Source: a virus. From it: DNA of 35,332 nt. Shown in pieces: positions 18,573 to 26,706 of the stretch. Made by a program: the position numbers and the translations under genes. Under the pieces are notes generated by a model. It was given only the letters and a program-made list of their open reading frames with translations, did no database searches and was not told the origin of the DNA. The first letter of the stretch is position 1. Each line of letters opens with the position of its first letter. The stretch lies in IMG/VR virus record IMGVR_UViG_3300045988_168292, positions 1 through 35,332 of that record, one strand, 5' to 3'.

Positions 18573-18654
18573 CTCCTTTTTTATTTGATATAATATATGT
18601 TAGCATATTATAATTAATTTTTTTGTCGTTTTGTGTCGAAAATATTTTTATTTT

Positions 18655-18849
18655 TTATATTCTTGTAATATTCTCAATTGTATTAGAATTATTATTTTCA
18701 CAAACTTCTTTATACTTGCAAATGTTACATTGCTTTTTAGAGTCTAATATACATTTATTTTGTTTTATTCTTTTTTTAAAGTATTCTTCTCTTCTCCATT
18801 CAGCAACTATTTCTGCTGCTATAGAACTTCCTTTTCTTTTCATATGCAT
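18655..18849 (-). CDS. Hypothetical Cys-containing small protein
   Basis: 64 aa. AAGAGGAA precedes the third-codon ATG (MKRKGSS..). C-terminal part contains a CNICKYKEVC motif. Confidence 0.5.
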   Translation of the reverse strand: MHMKRKGSSIAAEIVAEWRREEYFKKRIKQNKCILDSKKQCNICKYKEVCENNNSNTIENITRI

Positions 18850-19131
18850 TCCTCTTTTATTAATAAACTCTATTCAATAATATTTATTTAAACTATCTAT
18901 CATTGCATACAATTTATTAAAGAACTTGCTAGGTTAGTTCTTATACTACATTCTATATTTTAAGGAGCTAATTATGAAAAACACAACATATATTAACATT
19001 ACCTAGCATTGTTAATATCATAAAAATAGAGCTAGCTTATAAAACTAACTCTAACATTTAAGGAACCTTCTTAAAATTCTGCAATAATAAATACTTCTTA
19101 TCTACTATTGCTATTATATATATAACATAAT

Positions 19132-19566
19132 TTATATGTGCTTTTCAGTAACTTTTTGTTCCTTATTACATAATTTATCAAATTTATTTAATGCTATTCC
19201 ATTCATCTTTCTCATATATTCATAATTATAACCTATCTCACTAGCTGTTTTTACTAATGATTTACCTTTAATATACACACTGTCTAATATTAATTTATAT
19301 GGTTGTCCAAGTTTATCTAATTGTTCTAATATCATCTTTTGTTTTTTGCTTTCTTCTACGACTTTTTCTAATAATTCATTTATTGTATCAATTAATATAC
19401 TTAATTTTTCTGCCATATTATCTTGCACTTGTTTACTGCCATTTGGCATATCTGACAATGCTGCTGTTATGTTTGTTATATTTGTTTTATACTCTTCTAT
19501 GTATTCTAATCTACCTTTTATCCATTGTTGATTATGTTTATATTCTTTTAGATTTTCTCTATTCAT
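19132..19566 (-). CDS. Late-gene transcriptional activator (sigma-70 region-4-like; ArpU/RinA/DUF1492 type)
   Basis: 144 aa, the last early gene before a 280-bp gap and the packaging genes. It has a C-terminal HTH-like region (SLVKTASEIGYNYEYMRKMNGIAL) and an N-terminal LKEYKHNQQWIKGRLEYI. Confidence 0.6.
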   Translation of the reverse strand: MNRENLKEYKHNQQWIKGRLEYIEEYKTNITNITAALSDMPNGSKQVQDNMAEKLSILIDTINELLEKVVEESKKQKMILEQLDKLGQPYKLILDSVYIKGKSLVKTASEIGYNYEYMRKMNGIALNKFDKLCNKEQKVTEKHI

Positions 19567-19714
19567 TTGTTCTCCTTTCCCAACTTTTACAAGTATCTCT
19601 TTTTAATACACAATCTTTATTATGCTTTTTTGAATTATCTGAAATACATAATCCTGTTCCGTATTTTCCTTGTCCAATTCTAAAATATTTACAAGTTTCA
19701 CATATCTTTGTCAT
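19559..19714 (-). CDS. Small Cys-rich protein (51 aa, below track cutoff)
   Basis: Sequence is MTKICETCKYFRIGQGKYGTGLCISDNSKKHNKDCVLKRDTCKSW. RBS is ACGGAGTG. It overlaps the next start. Confidence 0.5.
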   Translation of the reverse strand: MTKICETCKYFRIGQGKYGTGLCISDNSKKHNKDCVLKRDTCKSWERRTNE

Positions 19715-19733
19715 TTGTATCACTCCGTTTCCT

Positions 19734-20606
19734 TTACTTATTTTCTACATACTCTTTGATATTGGGAACAGTTTGTTTTTTTATTATTCTTACTATATCT
19801 TTTAATATTTGTTCTTTTTCCTCTTCTAAAATATCATTAGCAATTATATCTAATTTCTTAAATATTTCCCTATAATCTTCTGACTTTGGGTTTTCTATTC
19901 CTATTTGTGTCAAAAACTTACATATTCTCATAGGTGTAATATATTTATCTAAAAATGCATATGGACTTTTTGTTTCCGAATTCTTTATATGTTTTACTTC
20001 TTGAAATTTGTCTCCAACTATTTTTATTCTTTTTTCTCCATCTAATGTTTTTACTACTATTCCTTCTCTTATGCAATCAGTACCTTCCAATTCAGATTTT
20101 TGATTGTCCACATATTTTTTCTTTAATTCATCATAACTCGTTAAATTTTCAATTGCTATTTCTGGTACTGTTTTAAAACCTATTTTACTTGCTATCTCTT
20201 TCATTTCTTCTATGCTTGCAAATATTCTTGTAAAATCCTCATCTTCTGTTGGTCTTTTTATTATTTCTTTTACTAAATCAAAAGCATAGTATGGCTCTAT
20301 CTTTCCTTGTTTGGCTAATGAATTATAGTTTATTTTGCCTTGATTTAACCATTCACCATATAATACATACCCTTTTGGTAAATATTCTAATATTTTGTTT
20401 TCTCTTTTTCTTACATATTCAACAAATCCATTTAGCCCATCTTCTCCCGTTAATTCATTTGTCCTGCTATATAATCTTATTTTTCCATTATCATTATATA
20501 TTGCTGTGTTACTTCCATCTATCTTTTCTTGGACTACTATTCTTGTTCCTTCTTCTATTTGATATTTAGCATTGTCTGGTCTTTTTATTTTACAATACAT
20601 TTTCAT
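19734..20606 (-). CDS. ATP-dependent RNA ligase (Rnl2-like nucleotidyltransferase)
   Basis: Motif I EKIDGSN, Ia YSRTNE, III VLYGEWL, IIIa YYAFDL, IV EGIVVK, V RIKIVGDKF. All are in the canonical order and spacing. Confidence 0.75.
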   Translation of the reverse strand: MKMYCKIKRPDNAKYQIEEGTRIVVQEKIDGSNTAIYNDNGKIRLYSRTNELTGEDGLNGFVEYVRKRENKILEYLPKGYVLYGEWLNQGKINYNSLAKQGKIEPYYAFDLVKEIIKRPTEDEDFTRIFASIEEMKEIASKIGFKTVPEIAIENLTSYDELKKKYVDNQKSELEGTDCIREGIVVKTLDGEKRIKIVGDKFQEVKHIKNSETKSPYAFLDKYITPMRICKFLTQIGIENPKSEDYREIFKKLDIIANDILEEEKEQILKDIVRIIKKQTVPNIKEYVENK

Positions 20607-20607
20607 C

Positions 20608-20910
20608 TTATCTTTCCTCCTTTATAGGTTCAAATGTAAATCCTTTTTTATTAAAATCAGTTAATTTTGTTTCCCAACTTTCAATAGGTTTCTTTACTTT
20701 TAAACTTTCTTTAAAACTGTTTTTATGCTTTTCTTCATATTTTGCTATTAGTTCTTCTATGTAATCTGCTTCTATTAGCATCCTGTTATTTCCATATGTA
20801 CCTTCTAAGCCTTCTACTAACTCTTTTATATCTGCTAATCTTATATATACTTCTGTTCTACCATTTCTAGTTTGATGTTCAATTTCTTTTTTTAATCTTT
20901 CAATATTCAT
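20608..20910 (-). CDS. Hypothetical early protein
   Basis: 100 aa, tightly packed in the minus-strand operon. Confidence 0.6.
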   Translation of the reverse strand: MNIERLKKEIEHQTRNGRTEVYIRLADIKELVEGLEGTYGNNRMLIEADYIEELIAKYEEKHKNSFKESLKVKKPIESWETKLTDFNKKGFTFEPIKEER

Positions 20911-20912
20911 AA

Positions 20913-21323
20913 TTAATTCTCACTTTCTCCTAGTAATTCTTGTAAAATATCTATCTTACTTTCATAAATTAATAATTCTTCTCCTTGCATATTTACTAGA
21001 TTAATTTTTAATTCTTCTATCTTGTCTTTTATTTTTTTGGCTGATATATAATCATTTGATAAGGTTTTATTTATCACATCGTGAATTTCAGTATCTCCAT
21101 ATTTTCCAATTATTCTCCTTCTTTCTTTAAATTTTAATTCTTCATTTTCTTTTTGTAGTTTTTCTATTATATTTAATAATGTTTTATTCGCTCTTATTTC
21201 TTGCATTAAATAAGCTATTCGAGGTTCATCTAACATATCTTCTTTTTCTATTTCTAACTCATCAAGCAATCTTTTCGTTCTTGCATTTATTACTTTTAAA
21301 GCTTTCTTTTTTTCTTCGTTCAT
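20913..21323 (-). CDS. Hypothetical coiled-coil protein
   Basis: 136 aa, heptad-rich, abutting its neighbours. Confidence 0.6.
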   Translation of the reverse strand: MNEEKKKALKVINARTKRLLDELEIEKEDMLDEPRIAYLMQEIRANKTLLNIIEKLQKENEELKFKERRRIIGKYGDTEIHDVINKTLSNDYISAKKIKDKIEELKINLVNMQGEELLIYESKIDILQELLGESEN

Positions 21324-22037
21324 TTATTCCTCACTTTCTTTTAAATAATCTTTTGCCATTTTATTTGCTATTTCAATTTCTGTTTCTATATAACTTTCGT
21401 ATTTAATTACTTTAGCTCCACAATGTGGACAATATTTTAAGTTATTTTCCTCTGGTGTTCCTTCATAAAATAGCCACTCATCATGACAATTACTACAGTG
21501 CCATAAGCATTCTTCTGTTCCGTCTTCTCTAAAAGTACATTCTTTTTTTTCTTTATTTTCACTTTTTAACAAACATCTATGCTCACATATATTATTTTTA
21601 AATTCTTCTGCACTTTTTAAATTCATTTCAGCTAATCTTTTATATTTCTCATTCTCTTGATATATCTGCTTTAAATCCACAAATTTTCCATCTTCTATTT
21701 CTATCATATATTTGTTTATATCTATTTGTACTAAATCACTTTTAGTTATTAAATATATATTTTCTGTTCCGTATTCTCTGCTATATCTTATTACTTTTAA
21801 TCTACTGTTTTCACTTTCCAAATTTTCATTCTCTTTTAATAGAACTTCGTTCATTTTCAATACTCTTTTATAATCTGATAAAAACATATCTGTTAAATTA
21901 AAGAAAAAGTCTGGGTCTATGCTTTTTATAAAGCCTTTATCTTTAAATCTTCTAAATTTTTCATATACTTTTATTGCCTCATCTATATTTCTAAAGTATT
22001 TTTTATTTTGTAAATTTTCTATACTATTTTCTTTCAC
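21324..22037 (-). CDS. Hypothetical protein with C-terminal zinc ribbon
   Basis: 237 aa. C-terminal motifs are CLWHCSNCHDEW...YCPHCGAKV. Confidence 0.6.
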   Translation of the reverse strand: MKENSIENLQNKKYFRNIDEAIKVYEKFRRFKDKGFIKSIDPDFFFNLTDMFLSDYKRVLKMNEVLLKENENLESENSRLKVIRYSREYGTENIYLITKSDLVQIDINKYMIEIEDGKFVDLKQIYQENEKYKRLAEMNLKSAEEFKNNICEHRCLLKSENKEKKECTFREDGTEECLWHCSNCHDEWLFYEGTPEENNLKYCPHCGAKVIKYESYIETEIEIANKMAKDYLKESEE

Positions 22038-22049
22038 TTAAAACACCTC

Positions 22050-22274
22050 CTAATATATGATTTTCTCTTTTTCTAATTCTTTATATTCTTCGTCTGTTAA
22101 TCCAAATATTTCAATGTATCCATAATAATAACAATAATCAACTGTTATTCCATCCTCATTATATATTGTTTCCATACTATCTCCTTCTGTATTTCTCGTG
22201 TCAAACGCTTGTATTCTCTTTTTGAATTTTTCTTTTAGAAACTTTTTTAACTTGTTTAATCTATTTTCTTTCAC
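22050..22274 (-). CDS. Hypothetical protein
   Basis: 74 aa ORF within the operon. Confidence 0.55.
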   Translation of the reverse strand: MKENRLNKLKKFLKEKFKKRIQAFDTRNTEGDSMETIYNEDGITVDYCYYYGYIEIFGLTDEEYKELEKEKIIY

Positions 22275-22280
22275 TATGTA

Positions 22281-22526
22281 TCACTCCTCTTTTTTCTTTT
22301 GCATATCTACTATAATTTCTTTCTTGTATATAATTTTAAATGTTGTATATACGATATCTGCTCTAAAATAACACATTTTATTGCATAACCATTCTAGAAA
22401 ATCTGATAAATAATCTAATATTACAAATGGAAATAACAATATGTAAGTAATAATATACAAAGCATTCATTGTTTTTTTATGTTTATCAGCCATTTTTGAA
22501 GTTATTTTTAAATTTCTTATTTTCAT
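22281..22526 (-). CDS. Hypothetical membrane protein
   Basis: 81 aa with one hydrophobic segment (NALYIITYILLFPFVILDYL). Confidence 0.55.
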   Translation of the reverse strand: MKIRNLKITSKMADKHKKTMNALYIITYILLFPFVILDYLSDFLEWLCNKMCYFRADIVYTTFKIIYKKEIIVDMQKKKEE

Positions 22527-22529
22527 ATC

Positions 22530-22697
22530 TTATTTACTCCTTGTATACTTATCCAATATTTTTTTGTTTTTTACTGCTAAATCAATAACAGGTTTAAACC
22601 ATTTTGCTAAATCTAAACAAATTTTCTCGACGTCTTCTAAGTCTATTCCTTGTTTTGCTAAATCTATTGCTATTTTCATTTTTTCTTCTTCGCTCAT
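22530..22697 (-). CDS. Small hypothetical protein (55 aa, below track cutoff)
   Basis: Sequence is MSEEEKMKIAIDLAKQGIDLEDVEKICLDLAKWF... AAAGGAG RBS. It fills the gap exactly. Confidence 0.55.
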   Translation of the reverse strand: MSEEEKMKIAIDLAKQGIDLEDVEKICLDLAKWFKPVIDLAVKNKKILDKYTRSK

Positions 22698-22699
22698 AT

Positions 22700-22972
22700 T
22701 TACTCCTTTACAACTAAATTAGCTTTGTCTAACCTATACATTATTTCACTTAATTTTTGGTATGGCTTTTTAGATGTAAAAATAGCTTTTATTCTACTTG
22801 TTATTACTGGTAATTCTGGTCTTATTATTTTTCTGTCATGAATACATACATAAACACATTTGTTTTTTGCTATAAAATACTTATATGTATTACCATCTAA
22901 CTCAAATCCATACTTTTCAAGTTCTTTTAAATCTACATCATCTCTTATTTTTGACATATCCAATCTACCCAC
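22700..22972 (-). CDS. Hypothetical protein
   Basis: 90 aa. An internal ATG (MSKIRDD) is an alternative start. Confidence 0.55.
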   Translation of the reverse strand: MGRLDMSKIRDDVDLKELEKYGFELDGNTYKYFIAKNKCVYVCIHDRKIIRPELPVITSRIKAIFTSKKPYQKLSEIMYRLDKANLVVKE

Positions 22973-23148
22973 CTTATCACATAATAATTTCTAAATAAAT
23001 TTGGTTCATATACAAAATAACCATTTCCCTCTAATCTTTTTTTATTTATTGGGTATATTGAAAGAACTTGGATTCCTTCATATCCTTTCATTTTTGATTT
23101 TCTAATTTTATTTAATAAATATATATATTGAAAAAATATTCTTATCAT
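22945..23148 (-). CDS. Hypothetical protein
   Basis: 67 aa. GGAGGAG lies 7 nt upstream of the ATG at 23148. Confidence 0.5.
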   Translation of the reverse strand: MIRIFFQYIYLLNKIRKSKMKGYEGIQVLSIYPINKKRLEGNGYFVYEPNLFRNYYVIRWVDWICQK

Positions 23149-23150
23149 AT

Positions 23151-23684
23151 CTATTCTCCTCCTAATAACTCTGGATTATTGGCTTTCTGTATTAAATTAC
23201 ATACTTTGTCTTTGCTTATATTTCCTTTTGTATTTTTTATTAGGTCTATTATTGTTTCTTTAAAATTAATTATTGAAAGATCTATATTATTTTGAATTAA
23301 TTTATCTGTGTTTCTTAATTGCTCATCTACTTCTAATTGTTTGATTTTATAAGTGTTTAATAAATCATTAAGTTTAAATAATTCCTCTTGTTTTTCATTC
23401 AGTTTTGTTTGTAATTTATTTATTTTATCTTTATTTTCTTCTTCTCTTGTTTTAAATTCTTCTAATGTTACTAATGCTCCATCATATAATAATTTGTATT
23501 TGGATTCTTTTTCTAACTTTAATTGTAATTGTTCATTTTCTTGCTTAACTTCTCTTATTTCTTTATATCCATTTAACAAATATTGTTTTAAATCTGGAAC
23601 TTTTATTTGTTGCACATCTGGTAATGTTTCTTCTATAATCATTTCCGTTTTTTCTTTTTTATTAAATAATTTAATTAGTTTCAT
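23151..23684 (-). CDS. Hypothetical coiled-coil protein
   Basis: 177 aa, strongly heptad-rich (EQLQLKLEKESKYK..). Confidence 0.6.
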   Translation of the reverse strand: MKLIKLFNKKEKTEMIIEETLPDVQQIKVPDLKQYLLNGYKEIREVKQENEQLQLKLEKESKYKLLYDGALVTLEEFKTREEENKDKINKLQTKLNEKQEELFKLNDLLNTYKIKQLEVDEQLRNTDKLIQNNIDLSIINFKETIIDLIKNTKGNISKDKVCNLIQKANNPELLGGE

Positions 23685-24222
23685 CTTCTCCTCCTACTTT
23701 ATAGCAATTAGCCATATATTGATTATAAGATAATATTGTTAAAATTCTTGTTATAATTCCGTTATCAATATCTCTTTGTAATGTTTCTTTTGTATAAACA
23801 TCTCCTATTTGTATAAGTTTCTTCTTATCTTTTCTTTCTACAAATTCTTCTGATAATTCTATTTCAACTATATCTTTATCTTTTATTAGGTCCATTATAT
23901 TGTCTGAAAAATTTTCTACTGCACTGTTATCAAACCAATCTTGTTCATATATACTATAATATATAGCTTTTTTATTTACTTTATTTTCTCTTATCCCTAC
24001 AACTTTAACTATATCTCCTGTAATAAGTCTCACATAATCATTCTTTTTTATTTTATCTAAAACATATAAAGCATAACCTACAATACTATCTTCTACTTTT
24101 TCTAAATAATCTTTTTTACTTATACATCTTTTAATATCTTCCATATGTCCTCCCTTCTTTTTACTTGCACCATTTGCAATTCTTGTAGCTTCGTTTTCTT
24201 CATCATCTAAATCAAATGCCAT
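23671..24222 (-). CDS. Hypothetical protein
   Basis: 183 aa ORF within the operon. Confidence 0.6.
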   Translation of the reverse strand: MAFDLDDEENEATRIANGASKKKGGHMEDIKRCISKKDYLEKVEDSIVGYALYVLDKIKKNDYVRLITGDIVKVVGIRENKVNKKAIYYSIYEQDWFDNSAVENFSDNIMDLIKDKDIVEIELSEEFVERKDKKKLIQIGDVYTKETLQRDIDNGIITRILTILSYNQYMANCYKVGGEDETN

Positions 24223-24225
24223 TTT

Positions 24226-24579
24226 TTATTCCTCCTCAATCTCTAAAATAACTTTTGATTCTTTGCCATATTCAAATGTATCTGTAAATCCCTTTACATA
24301 GTTTCTGTTGTCATCTTTAAGTTTTCCTGCTTTTACCATTGAATCTAATATAAACTTTTTAGCAAAACATACGTTGTCTAAGTCTCTTCTTTTATTCTCT
24401 TCTATCCAATGAAAATGGATTCTAATAGGTCTTTTATACTGAGGTAATAAATTTATATAGTATCCTATATCGCTTTCAATATTCTTCTTCATATTTGCAC
24501 CTGCAAATCTATTTTTTCTACACTCATTTATGTATTGATTTAAGCTTGGTAATCTAAATGGTATTTCAATTCTATTCAC
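24226..24579 (-). CDS. rusA: RusA-family Holliday junction resolvase
   Basis: 117 aa with LPSLNQY...RRDLDNVCFAKKFILDSMVKAGKLKDDN motifs. GTG start overlaps the upstream stop. Confidence 0.75.
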   Translation of the reverse strand: MNRIEIPFRLPSLNQYINECRKNRFAGANMKKNIESDIGYYINLLPQYKRPIRIHFHWIEENKRRDLDNVCFAKKFILDSMVKAGKLKDDNRNYVKGFTDTFEYGKESKVILEIEEE

Positions 24580-24734
24580 TTTTTCTTTAATTCCTCTCTC
24601 ATTAAATCTTGCCAGTTTATTTGATTAGCTTCAAAGTCTTTGCATCTGTATCTACTTTTGAAATTTTCATCTTCTAGTCTTAAACAGCCTGTGCAGTATT
24701 TGCATATTCCTGGCATATCTACTAACTGCTTCAT
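24576..24734 (-). CDS. Small Cys-rich protein (52 aa, below track cutoff)
   Basis: Sequence is MKQLVDMPGICKYCTGCLRLEDENFKSRYRCKDF... ATGA and GTGA overlaps at both ends suggest translational coupling. Confidence 0.45.
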   Translation of the reverse strand: MKQLVDMPGICKYCTGCLRLEDENFKSRYRCKDFEANQINWQDLMREELKKK

Positions 24735-24970
24735 ACTCTTTTCACTCTTACCCATTTTTTATTTAGCATTTGTGCTATTATGTAGCTTGTATATCCATCT
24801 ACTAAAACATTGTCTTTGTTTATTACTATTGGCTGTTCAAATTTGTTATTTCTTAAGTAATATTCCATTTTACTTATTAGCTTTAATGTTCTGGGATATT
24901 TCATCTTAAACTCTTTTGATATTTTTATATTTTTTAACCTCTTAATCATAACGAACTCCTTTCTAATCAA
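24731..24970 (-). CDS. Hypothetical protein (possible ParB-N-like fold)
   Basis: 79 aa. The segment PIVINKDNVLVDGYTSYIIAQML is reminiscent of the ParB/Srx core. Weak call. Confidence 0.4.
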   Translation of the reverse strand: MIRKEFVMIKRLKNIKISKEFKMKYPRTLKLISKMEYYLRNNKFEQPIVINKDNVLVDGYTSYIIAQMLNKKWVRVKRV

Positions 24971-25274
24971 TTCTTGGTATATGTCTTGAATATTCTAAAT
25001 AATATTCTTGCTCTTTTTCTCGTCTTGCTTTTTCCGCTTTGTCTATTTTTAACTCTGGACTATCTTCAAAAAACTTTCTTCTCGCTCTTGTTATACTTTC
25101 AATGCTTATTCCTGAAAATTGAAGATTGTCCATAATCGTTTTAAAACTGTTTTTATACAAAGTTGGTTCTAATTCTTCTATAACTCGTCTTATTAGATAG
25201 CCATCGTTTTCTCTAGCATAAGGTTCTGTTCTCAATATCTCTCTTGTTTTATTTTGTACATCTTTTCTTCTCAT
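24963..25274 (-). CDS. Hypothetical protein
   Basis: 103 aa ORF within the operon. Confidence 0.55.
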   Translation of the reverse strand: MRRKDVQNKTREILRTEPYARENDGYLIRRVIEELEPTLYKNSFKTIMDNLQFSGISIESITRARRKFFEDSPELKIDKAEKARREKEQEYYLEYSRHIPRID

Positions 25275-25287
25275 TTGTTTTCTCCTT

Positions 25288-25821
25288 TCAGTAATCTTTA
25301 AAACTTATTAATTCATTAAATATCGACTCTTTTTCTTTTTGAGATAAATTTATGTAATCATTTTCTCGTTTCATTTCTCCAATAAAAATAATTTTTCTAT
25401 TTGGCTCTCGCTCGATTTTTTCTTTGTATTTTTTTAATAAATTAATATATATATAATTATCATCTAAATTAACATTCTCATCTTCATTTACATCTACATT
25501 ATCATCTTCATTATCATTAAGGTTTTTGTTTGCTTCTTCTTGGGTTTTGTTTAGGTTTTTCTCGGGTTTTTCTTGGGTTTCCTTTTTAGGTCTTCCACCT
25601 TTTTTTCCATTTTCTACACTTGCCTTGTATCTAGCATTTGCGCTATCTATATTAGGTTTTATTAATATAAACATTGCCTTTGCAATTCCATCTTCAATTT
25701 TTGGTTCTTTTTCTGTAAATGAATAATCAAATATTGCATTATATAATTTTAATTGTTCTTCTTGAGGTATATTTTTTATTGCCTCATAGAAACTTTTATA
25801 AAAAACTATACTTTCTTTCAT
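25288..25821 (-). CDS. Hypothetical DNA-binding/replication-associated protein (DUF6291-like N-terminus)
   Basis: N-terminus is FYKSFYEAIKNIPQEEQLKLYNAIFDY..NARYKASVENGKKGGRPKK. It also has an acidic N/D/E-rich spacer. Confidence 0.4.
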   Translation of the reverse strand: MKESIVFYKSFYEAIKNIPQEEQLKLYNAIFDYSFTEKEPKIEDGIAKAMFILIKPNIDSANARYKASVENGKKGGRPKKETQEKPEKNLNKTQEEANKNLNDNEDDNVDVNEDENVNLDDNYIYINLLKKYKEKIEREPNRKIIFIGEMKRENDYINLSQKEKESIFNELISFKDY

Positions 25822-25848
25822 GTCGTTTTTCTCCTTTTGTATAATTGA

Positions 25849-25877
25849 AGGGTAATGATTTATTTTGTCATTACCCT
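25849..25877 (-). promoter_or_regulatory. Perfect 10-bp stem-loop between early genes
   Basis: Stem is agggtaatga / tcattaccct with a 9-nt loop. No clear U-tract follows. Confidence 0.35.
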
Positions 25878-25883
25878 AGTTGT

Positions 25884-26312
25884 CTAATATTCTTTTGATT
25901 TTTCATATTCAATACTTATATTAGTTCTCCAATCATTATCTAAATTAGATAAATTGCTGCTAATAAATGCATCAACAAATTTGTCTAGTGTTGCTTTTTT
26001 ATTTAACTCTTTTCTAATAATTTCTTGCATTTTAGGTCTTTTTTCTTCTACTAACTTTTTAATTTCTTCTTTCACAACGTCTTTAATCATTTTGTTTACA
26101 TATACTTCTAAGAGAGTATATTCGTTGTCACGGCTATAACTACTTATACAACCATTTTTATCTACTTTTGTTTCTAAAACTGTATTTACTAAGCCGCTTA
26201 CAACCTTGTCTTTATCTATTGATTCAACAATCCCAGTCATTACAGTATTTTTAATTGCCTCTGCTAAATAATTATCGTCTATATCTAAGTTCAATCCTAC
26301 AATATTACTCAT
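25884..26312 (-). CDS. Hypothetical protein
   Basis: 142 aa ORF preceded by a GGAGG-type RBS. Confidence 0.6.
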   Translation of the reverse strand: MSNIVGLNLDIDDNYLAEAIKNTVMTGIVESIDKDKVVSGLVNTVLETKVDKNGCISSYSRDNEYTLLEVYVNKMIKDVVKEEIKKLVEEKRPKMQEIIRKELNKKATLDKFVDAFISSNLSNLDNDWRTNISIEYEKSKEY

Positions 26313-26331
26313 TAAAATTTCCTCCTATTTT

Positions 26332-26706
26332 TTATAAATAACTTTTTCCTATTAATTTTATAAACTCTTCTCGAGTATGATTTTTTTCATATTCTTTTTG
26401 AGTATCTATTCTTAATTGATTTATTATTGCTTCATTAGAATGACATTCAGGACATATTAATTTTACAAATTTATGTTGTATACTTCTTTTTCTGTTGCTT
26501 CCACCATAAACTTCGTGCGGATCTAATCGTTTTGAATATATATTGCAAAATTCACATATACCTTCTTTGACTATATCTTTGTCTCTTTGTCGTTCTAATT
26601 TTGCTAATTTATTGCTTTTCTTTTTAATTTTTGTAACTTCTTTTTTCTTTTCTTTTTTTGTCTTTGGATAAGGGTTAAAGCTTTTACTTAAATCTTTTAT
26701 TACCAC
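26332..26706 (-). CDS. NinG-like / HNH-like zinc-binding protein
   Basis: Basic N-terminus, then CEFC...LDPHEVYGGSNRKRSIQHKFVKLICPECH. Confidence 0.45.
   Translation of the reverse strand: MVIKDLSKSFNPYPKTKKEKKKEVTKIKKKSNKLAKLERQRDKDIVKEGICEFCNIYSKRLDPHEVYGGSNRKRSIQHKFVKLICPECHSNEAIINQLRIDTQKEYEKNHTREEFIKLIGKSYL

Noticed and set aside
18974-19006. Mini-ORF MKNTTYINIT with a strong TAAGGAG RBS in the 280-bp gap upstream of the late genes.
   Set aside because: It is only 10 codons, on the opposite strand to all neighbours, with no promoter or terminator context. It is most likely a chance RBS-like string in the late promoter region.
478-20569. Plus-strand ORFs in the track lying antisense to the structural, packaging and early genes (for example 478-714, 3276-3506, 5512-5775, 7518-7907, 14624-14838, 17451-17930, 19299-19805, 20249-20569).
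   Set aside because: Their translations are Leu/Phe/Ile/Ser-rich low-complexity strings typical of the antisense of AT-rich genes. They have no RBS and are fully nested in well-supported minus-strand genes.
25440-25525. Repetitive catcttcatt / acatctacatt DNA considered as origin iterons.
   Set aside because: It encodes an acidic low-complexity protein segment (NEDDNVDVNEDENVNLDDN), and the DNA periodicity follows from codon repetition. There is no independent evidence for an origin.
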